A DNA stretch of 27,950 bases from Promethearchaeota archaeon. Lineage in GTDB: Archaea; Asgardarchaeota; Lokiarchaeia; Sigyniarchaeales; SOKP01. Location: contig JAHLWP010000045.1 in assembly GCA_019057865.1 (NCBI GenBank), positions 1 through 27,950 of the forward strand, read 5' to 3'. Under the pieces are notes generated by a model. It did not search any database, was not told the DNA's origin, and saw only the letters and a list, made by a program, of their open reading frames with translations. The position numbers and the translations under genes are program-made. Position 1 is the first letter of the stretch; each line of letters begins with the position of its first letter. Below, piece by piece: positions 17,955 through 27,700 of the stretch.

Positions 17955-18264
17955 ACTATTATCACTTTTTTATGAAATTTGTTATTTGCATTATTACAGA
18001 ATTTAAATTTAAATTTTTATAAATTACTATTTTCATCAAAATTTCTTCAAAAAATTAGTGATTTGATAAATTTGATCGGTAATGTTAAAATGAGAGTGAA
18101 AAGAGTAGAAAAAGGAAAAAAAATGATTAAAAATGTTTTTTTTTGATCACTTTTTCTATGGCATTTTTTATTTTTTTAATAACTTTTTTTGTTATCTTTT
18201 TTTGTCATAGTATTTTTTTCGTAAAAAAAAGTAAGAAAAATGTCGATTTTCAGTCAAAAAGAGA

Positions 18265-18375
18265 ATGCAAAATCATGAAAAGTGGGAACAATACCCCGTG
18301 AAAATACAAATTCCGGATTCCATCATGAGAATTCTTGAAAAAGTCAGTCTTCGAAGATTTCGCCTGATAGTGTAA
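18265..18375 (+). CDS. Possible 36-aa protein MQNHEKWEQYPVKIQIPDSIMRILEKVSLRRFRLIV
   Basis: ATG...TAA ORF covering a locally GC-richer patch of an AT-rich spacer; no clear SD. Confidence 0.2.
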   Translation: MQNHEKWEQYPVKIQIPDSIMRILEKVSLRRFRLIV

Positions 18376-18488
18376 AATTTGTGAAGGAATTTATCCCAAT
18401 ACATTTAAATATGAAATAGATCTAACTTAAGATAGAATTAAAAAAATTAAACATTAGTAAAAAAAACCAATAAAAGTGATTAAAAAAT

Positions 18489-18833
18489 ATGGAAATGTTA
18501 AAAATTCAAGAAAAAGTAATGGCATTAACTGATGAACAAGTAAAAGGGGTATATTCACTTGCAAGCAAGGTTAGTATGGATACAATAGAAGATTTGGCAC
18601 CTGGTTTATTAAAGATTTGCTTAACTGCTGAAAAGGGAGAATTAAAGAATGAACTAGGTAGAGTTATTTTCCATTTACAAAAAAATGAGCGCCTTAATAC
18701 TAGAATTGGTCTTGAAAAGCTATTGGATGGTGCTTTAAGAGTTAATGCTGAAAAAGTATTCAAACTCCTTGAATCCTCTGAACCTGATGCTCAAGGATTA
18801 GCTAAAGATATTAAAGGAATTTTAAAGGAATAA
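18489..18833 (+). CDS. Hypothetical protein (114 aa, helical)
   Basis: Composition like neighbouring genes, SD-like AGTGA upstream, T-tract after the stop; no motif recognised. Confidence 0.75.
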   Translation: MEMLKIQEKVMALTDEQVKGVYSLASKVSMDTIEDLAPGLLKICLTAEKGELKNELGRVIFHLQKNERLNTRIGLEKLLDGALRVNAEKVFKLLESSEPDAQGLAKDIKGILKE

Positions 18834-18864
18834 GTTTTTTTTTATTACTTCATTTTATTTTTAT

Positions 18865-19146
18865 ATGTCAGAATTCAAAAGTGAATCTGATATAGATAAA
18901 GCTTGGGAATATTACGAAAAAATTAGAGATGCGCTTAATGGTTTGTTTGAGATTTTAAGCATGAGTTTAGATGAGGATAATATTTTTTACCAGTTTGGGG
19001 TAGACAACTTAGTAAATCTGAAAGAAACGATAATTGATTTGCTAAAACGCGATTATAATCCTGTTGAAATAAAAAGAAAGTTACGAGATTTAGAATTTGA
19101 TATAAAGAAAGGGCTTTTTTTTGACAAAAGTCAAGAAGAAATATAA
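18865..19146 (+). CDS. Hypothetical protein (93 aa, acidic, helical)
   Basis: ORF with protein-like composition; no motif recognised. Confidence 0.7.
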   Translation: MSEFKSESDIDKAWEYYEKIRDALNGLFEILSMSLDEDNIFYQFGVDNLVNLKETIIDLLKRDYNPVEIKRKLRDLEFDIKKGLFFDKSQEEI

Positions 19147-19370
19147 ATTATGTAGTACATTTCTTTTGACGCTTAAATAATGGTCTATATATAATTTATA
19201 TGAAGAAGAATTTTTATCTAAAGTAAGGTTATAAAATTACAAGTTATCCAAATATAGATTTTATTTTGAATAATTTTAATTAAAACTATTATTTATTTTT
19301 TTGAGATCGTAAAGTAGAAATCCCTTTGAAATTTTCCTAACTAAAGTCAAAAAAATGATATAGTAACAAA

Positions 19371-20393
19371 TTGTATAACTTTAAATTCGAAGTAACTGAA
19401 ATTGAAGGAATTTTTCAATTTAAAATTGATGTCCCATTTGCGGTCAAATTTGTATGTCTTTATCTCTTCAGATTAGACGAAAAAGTAATTCTAATTGACG
19501 CAGGCTTAAATATGGGGAATTGGAAAAGACTATTTTTTAAAGCTCTAAAAGAAGTAAATCTATCAATTAGCGATATTGATTATTGTTTTATAACCCATAT
19601 CCATTTGGATCATATGGGTTTAGCAAAAACCTTGAAAAGTAAAAATCCAAATCTTAAGATTTTAATGCATGATATTACCTACCAATTAATGAAATGGGAG
19701 ACTGATCAGGCAGATTTAAAAGAGTTAGAGCAAGAAGCTATTAAAGTTTCTAATGAATTGATAAGATATGGTATTAGCGAAGAACAAGGAAAAAAAGTCA
19801 TTCAATTTTTCACATATTGGCCAAAATTCCTACAATATCAAGAGCCAGATACCATTTTACATGATGGAGATAAAATCTTAAATAGTTTAAATATTATTTG
19901 GACTCCAGGCCATAGTTTTGGCCACATATGTATTTTTGATGAAGAAAGACGATTCTTGTTCTCTGGTGACCATATACTCAGCCGCATCACTCCACACATC
20001 GGAAATTTTGTCGTTCCTTCTGATCTGGCAGAAAAATATAAAGAGTATAATTTTAACAATATTTTAAAACACTATTTAGACTCTTTGGATAGAATAGATA
20101 AATTGAATCCAAAAATAATTTTCCCAGCACACCAAGAAGTTATATATAATCCTCATGAAAGAATTTTAGCAATTAAAGAACATCATAAAAATAGGTTATT
20201 TGAAATTTCAAGTTTAATCAAAAATAATCCACTTACTCCTTTTGAAATCTCTAAAATTCACTTTGGTGAGGATTTGGATGATATTAATTCATTTATGGCT
20301 CTAAGTGAAGTTTTAGGTCATTTATTCTATCTTGAAAATGAAGGGAAAATCCAAAAAATTGAAAAAAATGGTAAGTTATATTATAAGAGTTAA
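19371..20393 (+). CDS. Metallo-beta-lactamase-fold hydrolase with C-terminal winged helix
   Basis: LIDAG, THIHLDHMG (HxHxDH), TPGHSFGH, SGDH, FPAH; C-terminal EVLGHLFYLENEGKI. TTG start. Confidence 0.9.
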   Translation: MYNFKFEVTEIEGIFQFKIDVPFAVKFVCLYLFRLDEKVILIDAGLNMGNWKRLFFKALKEVNLSISDIDYCFITHIHLDHMGLAKTLKSKNPNLKILMHDITYQLMKWETDQADLKELEQEAIKVSNELIRYGISEEQGKKVIQFFTYWPKFLQYQEPDTILHDGDKILNSLNIIWTPGHSFGHICIFDEERRFLFSGDHILSRITPHIGNFVVPSDLAEKYKEYNFNNILKHYLDSLDRIDKLNPKIIFPAHQEVIYNPHERILAIKEHHKNRLFEISSLIKNNPLTPFEISKIHFGEDLDDINSFMALSEVLGHLFYLENEGKIQKIEKNGKLYYKS

Positions 20394-20422
20394 AAAATTT
20401 TGTTTTAAATAACTAACTATAA

Positions 20423-21022
20423 GTGGATTTAATGATAGCATGGATAAATTTCATTATAATGATACTCTCTTCTTTATTATGCTGTCTACTTTACATTAAA
20501 AGTGTACAACCGGTAGCTTTAGAGAAAAAAATTGGTGAAAAAGCATATAAAAGATGTACAATCTATCATTTTATAGCTGGAATATTGATGCTTGCTATTA
20601 TTGTAACACAATTTATCTATTTCTTTTTTCCACTTCCTATTAACTTCCCTCGCTTTTTTCCTTGGGATTATTGGATATCTGTTTTAGTAGCAATTGGGAT
20701 TCTAATTCCAAGTCTAATACTAATGATTAAGGGAGTACAAGATGCAGGAAAAGAGACTATGAGACCATCTAAAGAGCAAACTTTATATGGTGGGATTTAT
20801 AAAAAGATTAGACATCCACAAGCTTTAGGGGAGGTGTGGTTGTGGTGGATAGTACCATTCTTATTAAATTCACCATTTCTAGCTCTTTATTCACTAATAG
20901 CAATTCCGATATTTTATCTTTTTTGTGTTTTCGAAGAAAAAGATCTAGAATATAGATATGGTCAAGCTTATATTGATTATAAAAAACAAACAGGTATGTT
21001 CTTTCCAAAAAGAAAACGGTAA
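20423..21022 (+). CDS. Isoprenylcysteine carboxyl methyltransferase (ICMT/PEMT) family membrane methyltransferase
   Basis: Several TM segments; GGIYKKIRHPQALG and EEKDLEYRYGQAYIDYKKQTGMFFP signatures. Confidence 0.85.
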   Translation: MDLMIAWINFIIMILSSLLCCLLYIKSVQPVALEKKIGEKAYKRCTIYHFIAGILMLAIIVTQFIYFFFPLPINFPRFFPWDYWISVLVAIGILIPSLILMIKGVQDAGKETMRPSKEQTLYGGIYKKIRHPQALGEVWLWWIVPFLLNSPFLALYSLIAIPIFYLFCVFEEKDLEYRYGQAYIDYKKQTGMFFPKRKR

Positions 21023-21027
21023 AAAGA

Positions 21028-21489
21028 TTATTTATTAATAATTTCTCTGAGAATTTTTAAGACAACACAAACTCTCTCAACACTTTTCACATCACTTCTA
21101 CCTCGAAAATTTTCTATTAGAGCGTCAAGTTCTGTTATCTCTGGAACATTTACTTTTATTAATATCCCACATTCTCCAGCTAAAAAATATACTTCTTCAC
21201 ATTGAGGTAATAGTTGAGTTTCTCTGATCAATTCTTTTAATTCGGACTGATTCTTAGGTATTAAAGTTATAAACGCATAAATACATCTCTCTTCTTCACG
21301 GCATACTTTTATAGTAAATTTTTCTATCACTCCATCTTCTTGAAGTTTTACAATTCTTTTTCTTACTGTGGATTCTGATAAAGGTATTCCTTCTTCTGCT
21401 AATAACTCTGCTATATCTTTATAAGGTCTTCTTGAATCCTCTATAAGCATTTCTAATATTCTTTTATCTTTCTCATCCAGATTTTTCAT
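21028..21489 (-). CDS. Lrp/AsnC family transcriptional regulator
   Basis: LDEKDKRILEMLIEDSRRPYKDIAE...LSESTVRKRIVKLQEDGVIEKF HTH plus RAM domain. ATG 21489 follows SD GAGGGT (ORF track gives TTG 21495). Confidence 0.92.
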   Translation of the reverse strand: MKNLDEKDKRILEMLIEDSRRPYKDIAELLAEEGIPLSESTVRKRIVKLQEDGVIEKFTIKVCREEERCIYAFITLIPKNQSELKELIRETQLLPQCEEVYFLAGECGILIKVNVPEITELDALIENFRGRSDVKSVERVCVVLKILREIINK

Positions 21490-21599
21490 AATCAACCCTC
21501 TTTAATAATGATTAATTATTTATAATTCCAATACAATTTATAGAAAAATTTATTTTTTAATATAAAAAAATTGTTTCTGTTAAATTTTATCACCAGTTT

Positions 21600-22538
21600 T
21601 CAGAAATCTTTGAGTAAGGGTCCAAATAATCTTTCATATTCTACAGCCATACAATGTATTCCTGCCGCTTTAGTGTTCTTCTTAATCTCCTTAATGAATG
21701 GTTCAAAGTACTCAAGATTTATTTTATCGATTGCTGCATATTTTGCTGGCTTATTTCCTTTATTTTCCTTTTCCGCTGTCTTTAACATTTTAAGTAAATC
21801 TTTTGGAACTGATACACCTGGTATAAATTTATCAAAATACCATGCTATCCCATATGATTTTAAAGGGAAAACACCAAGTAGTACGGGCACATGTAACTGC
21901 TCCAGGTCCTTAAGGAAATCCTTTGCTTCATCAACTTCAAATGCAGTTTGTGTTTGGATAAAATCAATACCTTGTTCTACTTTACGCCCTACCTTAAGAA
22001 TCTCCGGTTCTCTAGGATTGCTATTGGGATTGGCAACACATCCAAAATTCATTTTTATTTTGCCTCCCTCAAGTTCATTTCCTTCATAATCAGTACCTTC
22101 ATCTATCATCATAGAAAGCATCTCTGCAAACTGTGTGCTATCTATATCATACACTGGTCGACCTCGTTTATGATCTCCTAATGCTGTGTGGTCTCCAGTG
22201 AGTGTTAGGATATTTTTTAACCCTAAGACTGCTCCAGCTATTACATCTCCAAAAAGTGCAACCCGATTACGATCCCGAACAGTTACTTGCCATACGGTTT
22301 CCATACCTACTTTTTCTTGAACCAAATAGCTTGGTACTAATGATGACATATAAGCATCGCCTTGGGGTCCATCTGTTACATTTGCTGCGACTATCTTGCC
22401 AGTTTTCTTCATTTCTTCAGCAGAATATAAGATTTCACTTAAATCCAAGATCTTTTTAGGTTCCAACTCACCAGTGACCACAAATTTTCCTTCTTCAATA
22501 GCTTTGCATAAATTACTATATGCTGGTCTTTTTGCCAT
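21600..22538 (-). CDS. metF: Methylenetetrahydrofolate reductase, catalytic subunit (copy 2)
   Basis: GELEP, ANVTDGP, QVTVRDRNR, LTGDH, PVYDIDS, GIDFIQTQ, PGVSVP; SD GGAGG inside the end of metV. Confidence 0.9.
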   Translation of the reverse strand: MAKRPAYSNLCKAIEEGKFVVTGELEPKKILDLSEILYSAEEMKKTGKIVAANVTDGPQGDAYMSSLVPSYLVQEKVGMETVWQVTVRDRNRVALFGDVIAGAVLGLKNILTLTGDHTALGDHKRGRPVYDIDSTQFAEMLSMMIDEGTDYEGNELEGGKIKMNFGCVANPNSNPREPEILKVGRKVEQGIDFIQTQTAFEVDEAKDFLKDLEQLHVPVLLGVFPLKSYGIAWYFDKFIPGVSVPKDLLKMLKTAEKENKGNKPAKYAAIDKINLEYFEPFIKEIKKNTKAAGIHCMAVEYERLFGPLLKDF

Positions 22539-23237
22539 TTATTCTTTCCCCTCCTTTTTTTCCTCTTGTTCATTGGTATATTCCTTATAAATTTCCATAT
22601 ATCCCGGACTTGTCGATAGCCGGAAATCTCTTGGACCTCTATATTTTTTAAACAGATCAAGTCTATTGAATTCTTTCAACCTTTCCCACATTCGAACCCA
22701 TGCACAAGGTATTGTATAACCTCCTACTTCACACATACTATCAACCATACCACCACATGGGCCATTGCTCAAATGTTTTGCACATCCTGCACGAGGACAT
22801 ACACCACCTGTCTCTCCAATTATACAATCTCCACAAGTTTCGCACATTTCAATGAAGTTATTTTCACTATTGTATTGAGTACCTCCGAAGTGACTATTTT
22901 GAGCTGGAAATGTAAGAATACTAGTTAGGATTTTATTCATCATTACAACTCCAAGACCACACGCCAATGAAACAATAGCTTCATATTCTTCTACAAATGG
23001 TCTTACTGTTGTTGCAGCAATTCTATCATCACATTGTCTAAGGACAGTTATGGCTTTCCATTTTAGATCTTTCCCTTCAGTACGTGCTTTTAATTCTAAG
23101 AGTTGACCTAAAACCTTAGCCTCATTAATAGAACGTGGAGGTTGGCTGCATCCATCACATCCAGCTATTAAAATTTTATTATATGGTTTTATCAGTTCGT
23201 ATATTTCATTTATATCTTTTAGTTGTGTAATTATCAT
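22539..23237 (-). CDS. metV: Methylene-THF reductase Fe-S/Zn subunit (copy 2)
   Basis: GCDGCSQPPR, RQCD, ACGLG, CETCGDC...GGVCP...CAKHLSNGPCGG...CEV...CAW; SD AGGAG. Confidence 0.9.
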   Translation of the reverse strand: MIITQLKDINEIYELIKPYNKILIAGCDGCSQPPRSINEAKVLGQLLELKARTEGKDLKWKAITVLRQCDDRIAATTVRPFVEEYEAIVSLACGLGVVMMNKILTSILTFPAQNSHFGGTQYNSENNFIEMCETCGDCIIGETGGVCPRAGCAKHLSNGPCGGMVDSMCEVGGYTIPCAWVRMWERLKEFNRLDLFKKYRGPRDFRLSTSPGYMEIYKEYTNEQEEKKEGKE

Positions 23238-23324
23238 CTTACAAAACTCCTATTTTTTCCATATTTCTTTTTTTTCTTAAATTTCATTCTTTAATTAACT
23301 TAAAAATTTTAAAATTCACATTAA

Positions 23325-24206
23325 TTAGGTTGTTAATTTTTCAATTAACTTAGTTGGTTTCACACTTCTATTTTTCAGATTGAGATCTTCTAATTCTATA
23401 CCTAAAGCAACCGCCATCATTTCGGGTAAATAAAGAACTGGAATATCCAAGTCTTTACCTGTTCTACGTGAGATTATTTTCTCCTTTCTATCATATTGGG
23501 TAACGCAAGCAGGACAAACTGCAATTAAGGCATCAACATCTTCTTCAAGTTCACATAGTTCAGTCATTTTATCTTCAACTAATTTTTCACCTATTTCATC
23601 TTGTAGTCGAGCACAATAACCACAGCACTCAAGTTTATTCGCAAAATCAATTGTTTTTGCACCAAGAGTTTCAAGTATTATATCAATTTTTTCAGGTCTT
23701 TCTGGGTGATCGAATCTCATGATTTTACTTGGCCTAACTAAGTGGCAGCCATAGTGTACAGCAAGATTTAAGTCATCTAATGGTTTAACTACTAAGCTTT
23801 TTATTTTATCAAGCCATTCTGGTTCGGTAAATAATTCAACAAAATGATATACTTTAGTTTTTCCTGTATATCTATGATTTATTTTCTTTAAGATTCCATT
23901 TATTTTTTCTAAGTACTCTCTATCTTCTTCTAATAGGACACTTACTGTTTTAAGCGTTTCATAACAACCAGAACAGATAGTTAGAACATCTAAACCCATT
24001 TTCTCTGCAATGGACAAGTTTCTAGCTCCAAGAGCCATCCATGTGTCAATATTTAATGATTGCATCGCCACAGGCTCTGGACAGCAGCTTACACCTTCCA
24101 TCTCTTTTAACTTTACATCTAAAATGCTAGCAATTTGTCGAAAAGCTTTTTCAAAATGTGGAAGCTTTAAAGGGATTGTACATCCTAAAAACATCGCATA
24201 CTCCAT
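23325..24206 (-). CDS. hdrB: Heterodisulfide reductase subunit B
   Basis: Two CCG domains: LGC...SCCPEP...CSGC and HYGCH...ECCG...CPAC. Confidence 0.93.
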   Translation of the reverse strand: MEYAMFLGCTIPLKLPHFEKAFRQIASILDVKLKEMEGVSCCPEPVAMQSLNIDTWMALGARNLSIAEKMGLDVLTICSGCYETLKTVSVLLEEDREYLEKINGILKKINHRYTGKTKVYHFVELFTEPEWLDKIKSLVVKPLDDLNLAVHYGCHLVRPSKIMRFDHPERPEKIDIILETLGAKTIDFANKLECCGYCARLQDEIGEKLVEDKMTELCELEEDVDALIAVCPACVTQYDRKEKIISRRTGKDLDIPVLYLPEMMAVALGIELEDLNLKNRSVKPTKLIEKLTT

Positions 24207-24208
24207 TG

Positions 24209-24739
24209 TTAATCATCCTCCTTTTCTTTCACGAGATCTCCTAATCCCGTTTCTTTTATAATAAATCTAATTTCATCTAGATTTGGTGGAACAATTTCTG
24301 GTAAGCCCATTCTATTTCTTCTTCTATCGATGTTATCTTTTAATCCTCCTGTGTAAGGAACAACAAAACCATTGTCATATATGACCTGAACCGTACCGGA
24401 ATACTCTTTAGGTATTTTACCCTCTTTAACTGCCATATTTCGCAAAAGCGCTAAAATGAAAGAATAATCCACATTTTTTGGACATCTTTCAGTACATCTA
24501 TGGCATAGAGAACAGGTCCAGATTGCTTGGCTTGATAAGACTTCTTCTTTTAAACCTAAGAGACACGAAGCAACAACTCTGTGAGGTTGCATATCTACGT
24601 ATTCAGTAACTGTGCAACCAGAACTGCACACTCCACATTGAATGCATTTTAACAGAGATTTAGCACCTACTTTTTCGCTTATTTCATAACGAAAATCCCT
24701 ATCTAAATCGCTGGCATTTTTTTTAATCATTTCAACCAT
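24209..24739 (-). CDS. hdrC: Heterodisulfide reductase subunit C
   Basis: CIQCGVCSSGC and WTCSLCHRCTERCP (2x[4Fe-4S]); lies between hdrA and hdrB. Confidence 0.93.
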   Translation of the reverse strand: MVEMIKKNASDLDRDFRYEISEKVGAKSLLKCIQCGVCSSGCTVTEYVDMQPHRVVASCLLGLKEEVLSSQAIWTCSLCHRCTERCPKNVDYSFILALLRNMAVKEGKIPKEYSGTVQVIYDNGFVVPYTGGLKDNIDRRRNRMGLPEIVPPNLDEIRFIIKETGLGDLVKEKEDD

Positions 24740-24741
24740 TT

Positions 24742-27700
24742 TTAAGCACCCTCCTTAGCTTTTTCTTTTTTTAATTCTATCTTGTCTCCTGTTTTAGGTA
24801 AAGGTCCCAATTCTTTTATTTTATTTACAAATTCAGTGACAACTTCAGAAAATCGCTTTCCTTCGCTTGCAGATACCCATTCAAGACGATAACGTCCGGG
24901 ATTAATTCCAACTTTCGCTAAAATCTCATGAATTTCATTATATCGCCTTAACATGTCATAATTACCTTCTAAATAATGGCAATCTCCTATATGACATCCT
25001 CCAACAAATACTCCATCTGCACCCTCCAAAAATGCTTGCAAAATAAAACTTTTTGGAATTCTTCCTGTACACATAACCCTAATAGGCCTGATATTGGTAG
25101 GATATTGGAATCGGCTTACACCACACGTATCAGCACCAGCATAACTACACCAGTTGCATAAAAAGGCAACTATTCTAGGTCTTTCATCAATAAATTCTCC
25201 TTTAAGGGCCTCTGAAATCATCGGATAAATTTGATCATCAGCAAAATGACTCATTGTAATTGCTCCAGCAGGACAAGCTGCTGAACAATCTCCACAACCT
25301 TTACATAATAAAGGATTCGATTGAGACACCAATATATCATGATCGAAATTTACTCCAATTGCACCAAAATTACATACTTCCTCGCATTTTTGACAAGCTA
25401 TACATAATGCTGGATCTACTACAGATACTAAAGGTTCATTCTCAACCTCACCTGAGATAAGTGGTATTAAAGCATGAGCTGCAGCTCCTCTTCCTTGAGA
25501 AATTGCGTCAGCAATTCCTTTTGGACCATGACAGGTTCCTGCAAGATAAATTCCATCAGTAGCGAAATCGACAGGTCTTAATTTAATATGGGCTTCTAAG
25601 AAATAGCCATTTTGATCTCTAGCACACTTTATTAATTCACCAAGTCGTTTAGTATCATATGGTACTAAGGGTGTAGATAGAACAACTTTATCTGCCTTAA
25701 TAGTAAGATCTATTTGAGTTAGAATATCGTTAACATTAACTTTAAGCTTGCCATTAGCAATATCTACTGTTGGATATTCATTAAATCTTATATAATTGAT
25801 ACTTTCGCGTGCTTTCCAATAATAAAGTTCCTCATCAGTTCCCACTCTAATATCTCGATACAAAACATAAATATTAGAATTTGGATAGTTTTCTTTTACA
25901 TATAATGCATGTCTAATAGATTCAGAACAACAAATTAACGAGCAATAAGTAAATCCATTACCTCCTTCTGGCTGTCTTGACCCTACACAATGAATAAAAA
26001 CAAGGGTTTCACCATCTTTTAACTCATTATTCTTAAGTTTTTCAGACAGTTCCAGTTGAGTTATTACATTTTCATTTTCTCCATAATGATACCAACCTTC
26101 AGGTTTATACTCGTAGGCACCTGTAGCAGTAATGATAACCCCAACATTCAAATTAATCTCTTTATTTTCTGCATTATTTTTAACTTTAATTTTAAAATCA
26201 CCAATTGATCCCTTAACATCCACCACTTCGGATTGTAAATACGTTGTAATGTTTTTCAACTCGTTATATTCCCTTATTTTTTCCTCTAAAAATTGCTTTG
26301 AATCAATTCTATCAAAATTAATCTTATAAATTAGATTCAATTGGCCGCCCAATTCGTCAGATTTTTCCACAAGATGGACTTTAAATCCTTTTACGGCTAT
26401 TTCCATGGCCGCACTCATTCCAGAAATTCCACCACCTATAATCAAGGCTTCGGGAACAACATCGCCTCTAATTTTGAATTCAGATGTTTGCTTTCTAACT
26501 CGAGCTATACCCATCCTGATTAAATCTTTTGCCTTATCAGTTGCTTTTGGATTATCATTCATATGCACCCATGAATCTAATTCTCGGATACTTACAAAAT
26601 TAAAGAGATACTCATTTAAACCTGCTTCTCTTATAGTTTTTTGGAATAAAGGTTCGTGAGTTCTTGGGGTGCATGCTGCAACGACGACTCTATTTAAATC
26701 AAGTTCTTCAATTTTTTCTTTAATAATGTCTTGAGTTAATTGTGAACAACTATACTTATTTTCCATAGCATATACTACGTTTGGAAGAGTCTTAGCATAA
26801 TCTACCAAGGTTGGTACATCCATATAACCAGCAATATTGATACCACATCTACAAATAAACACACCAATTCTAGGTTCTTCATCTGGTCTAATATCTTTCA
26901 ATGGTGGAAGTTCAACTTTTTGTTCCTCTTCACTCATTGGAATGGCGTGCGTAGCAGCAAGAGCCGCTGAACCTCCTGCTTTTGCCACAGAATTAGCTAT
27001 ATCATCAGGTGATTGACATGAGCCAGAGACATATATTCCTTCACGCGTGGAACGTAGATCTTCTGTAGAATCTTTAGTTTTAAAGAATCCAAGCTCATTT
27101 TGCTCAATCCCTAAGATATTTGCTAATTTCTCAGCATCTTTTCGAGGGGTCACTGCATTTGCGAGCACTACAAGATCAAATTCACTTACCTCGACTTCAC
27201 CAGTATCGAGGTTTGCATGTTTTACATAAAGATTATGATTTTCTGGATTTTCACGGATATCTCCGGGAATACCTCTGTAATATATAAGACCATATTCATC
27301 TTTAGCCCTCTCAATAAATTCTTCTTGATTCTTTCCTACTACTCTTATGTCATTAAAAAAGATAGTAACACTTGTTTCAGGTGCATGTTCTCTGGTAACT
27401 ACCCCTTCTTTAGTTTGATACATACAACAAAACTTGGAACAATAGGCACAAAGATCTTCATTTCGGGAGCCAACACAACTTACAAATCCAATATTATGCG
27501 CATGTTCATTATCTGAAGGCCGTAAGAGCGCTCCTCCCGTAGGACCTGAGGCACTTAATAAACGCTCATATTGCATAGCTGTAACAACATTGGGATATTC
27601 TCCATAGTGATATCTTACTAAAACTGAAGGATCTAATTGATCATAACCTGTAGCCACAATAATCGAAGCAAAATTATATTCCACGACCTCATCTTTATCA

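Noticed and set aside
18158-18301. 47-aa Phe-rich ORF (MAFFIFLITFFVIFF...)
   Set aside because: The hydrophobicity comes from the T-tracts and there is no SD; likely an artefact.
18321-18360. SECIS-like pattern ATGA...AAA...GA
   Set aside because: The helix is short and mismatched, and there is no upstream plus-strand gene with an in-frame UGA in a Cys-like context.
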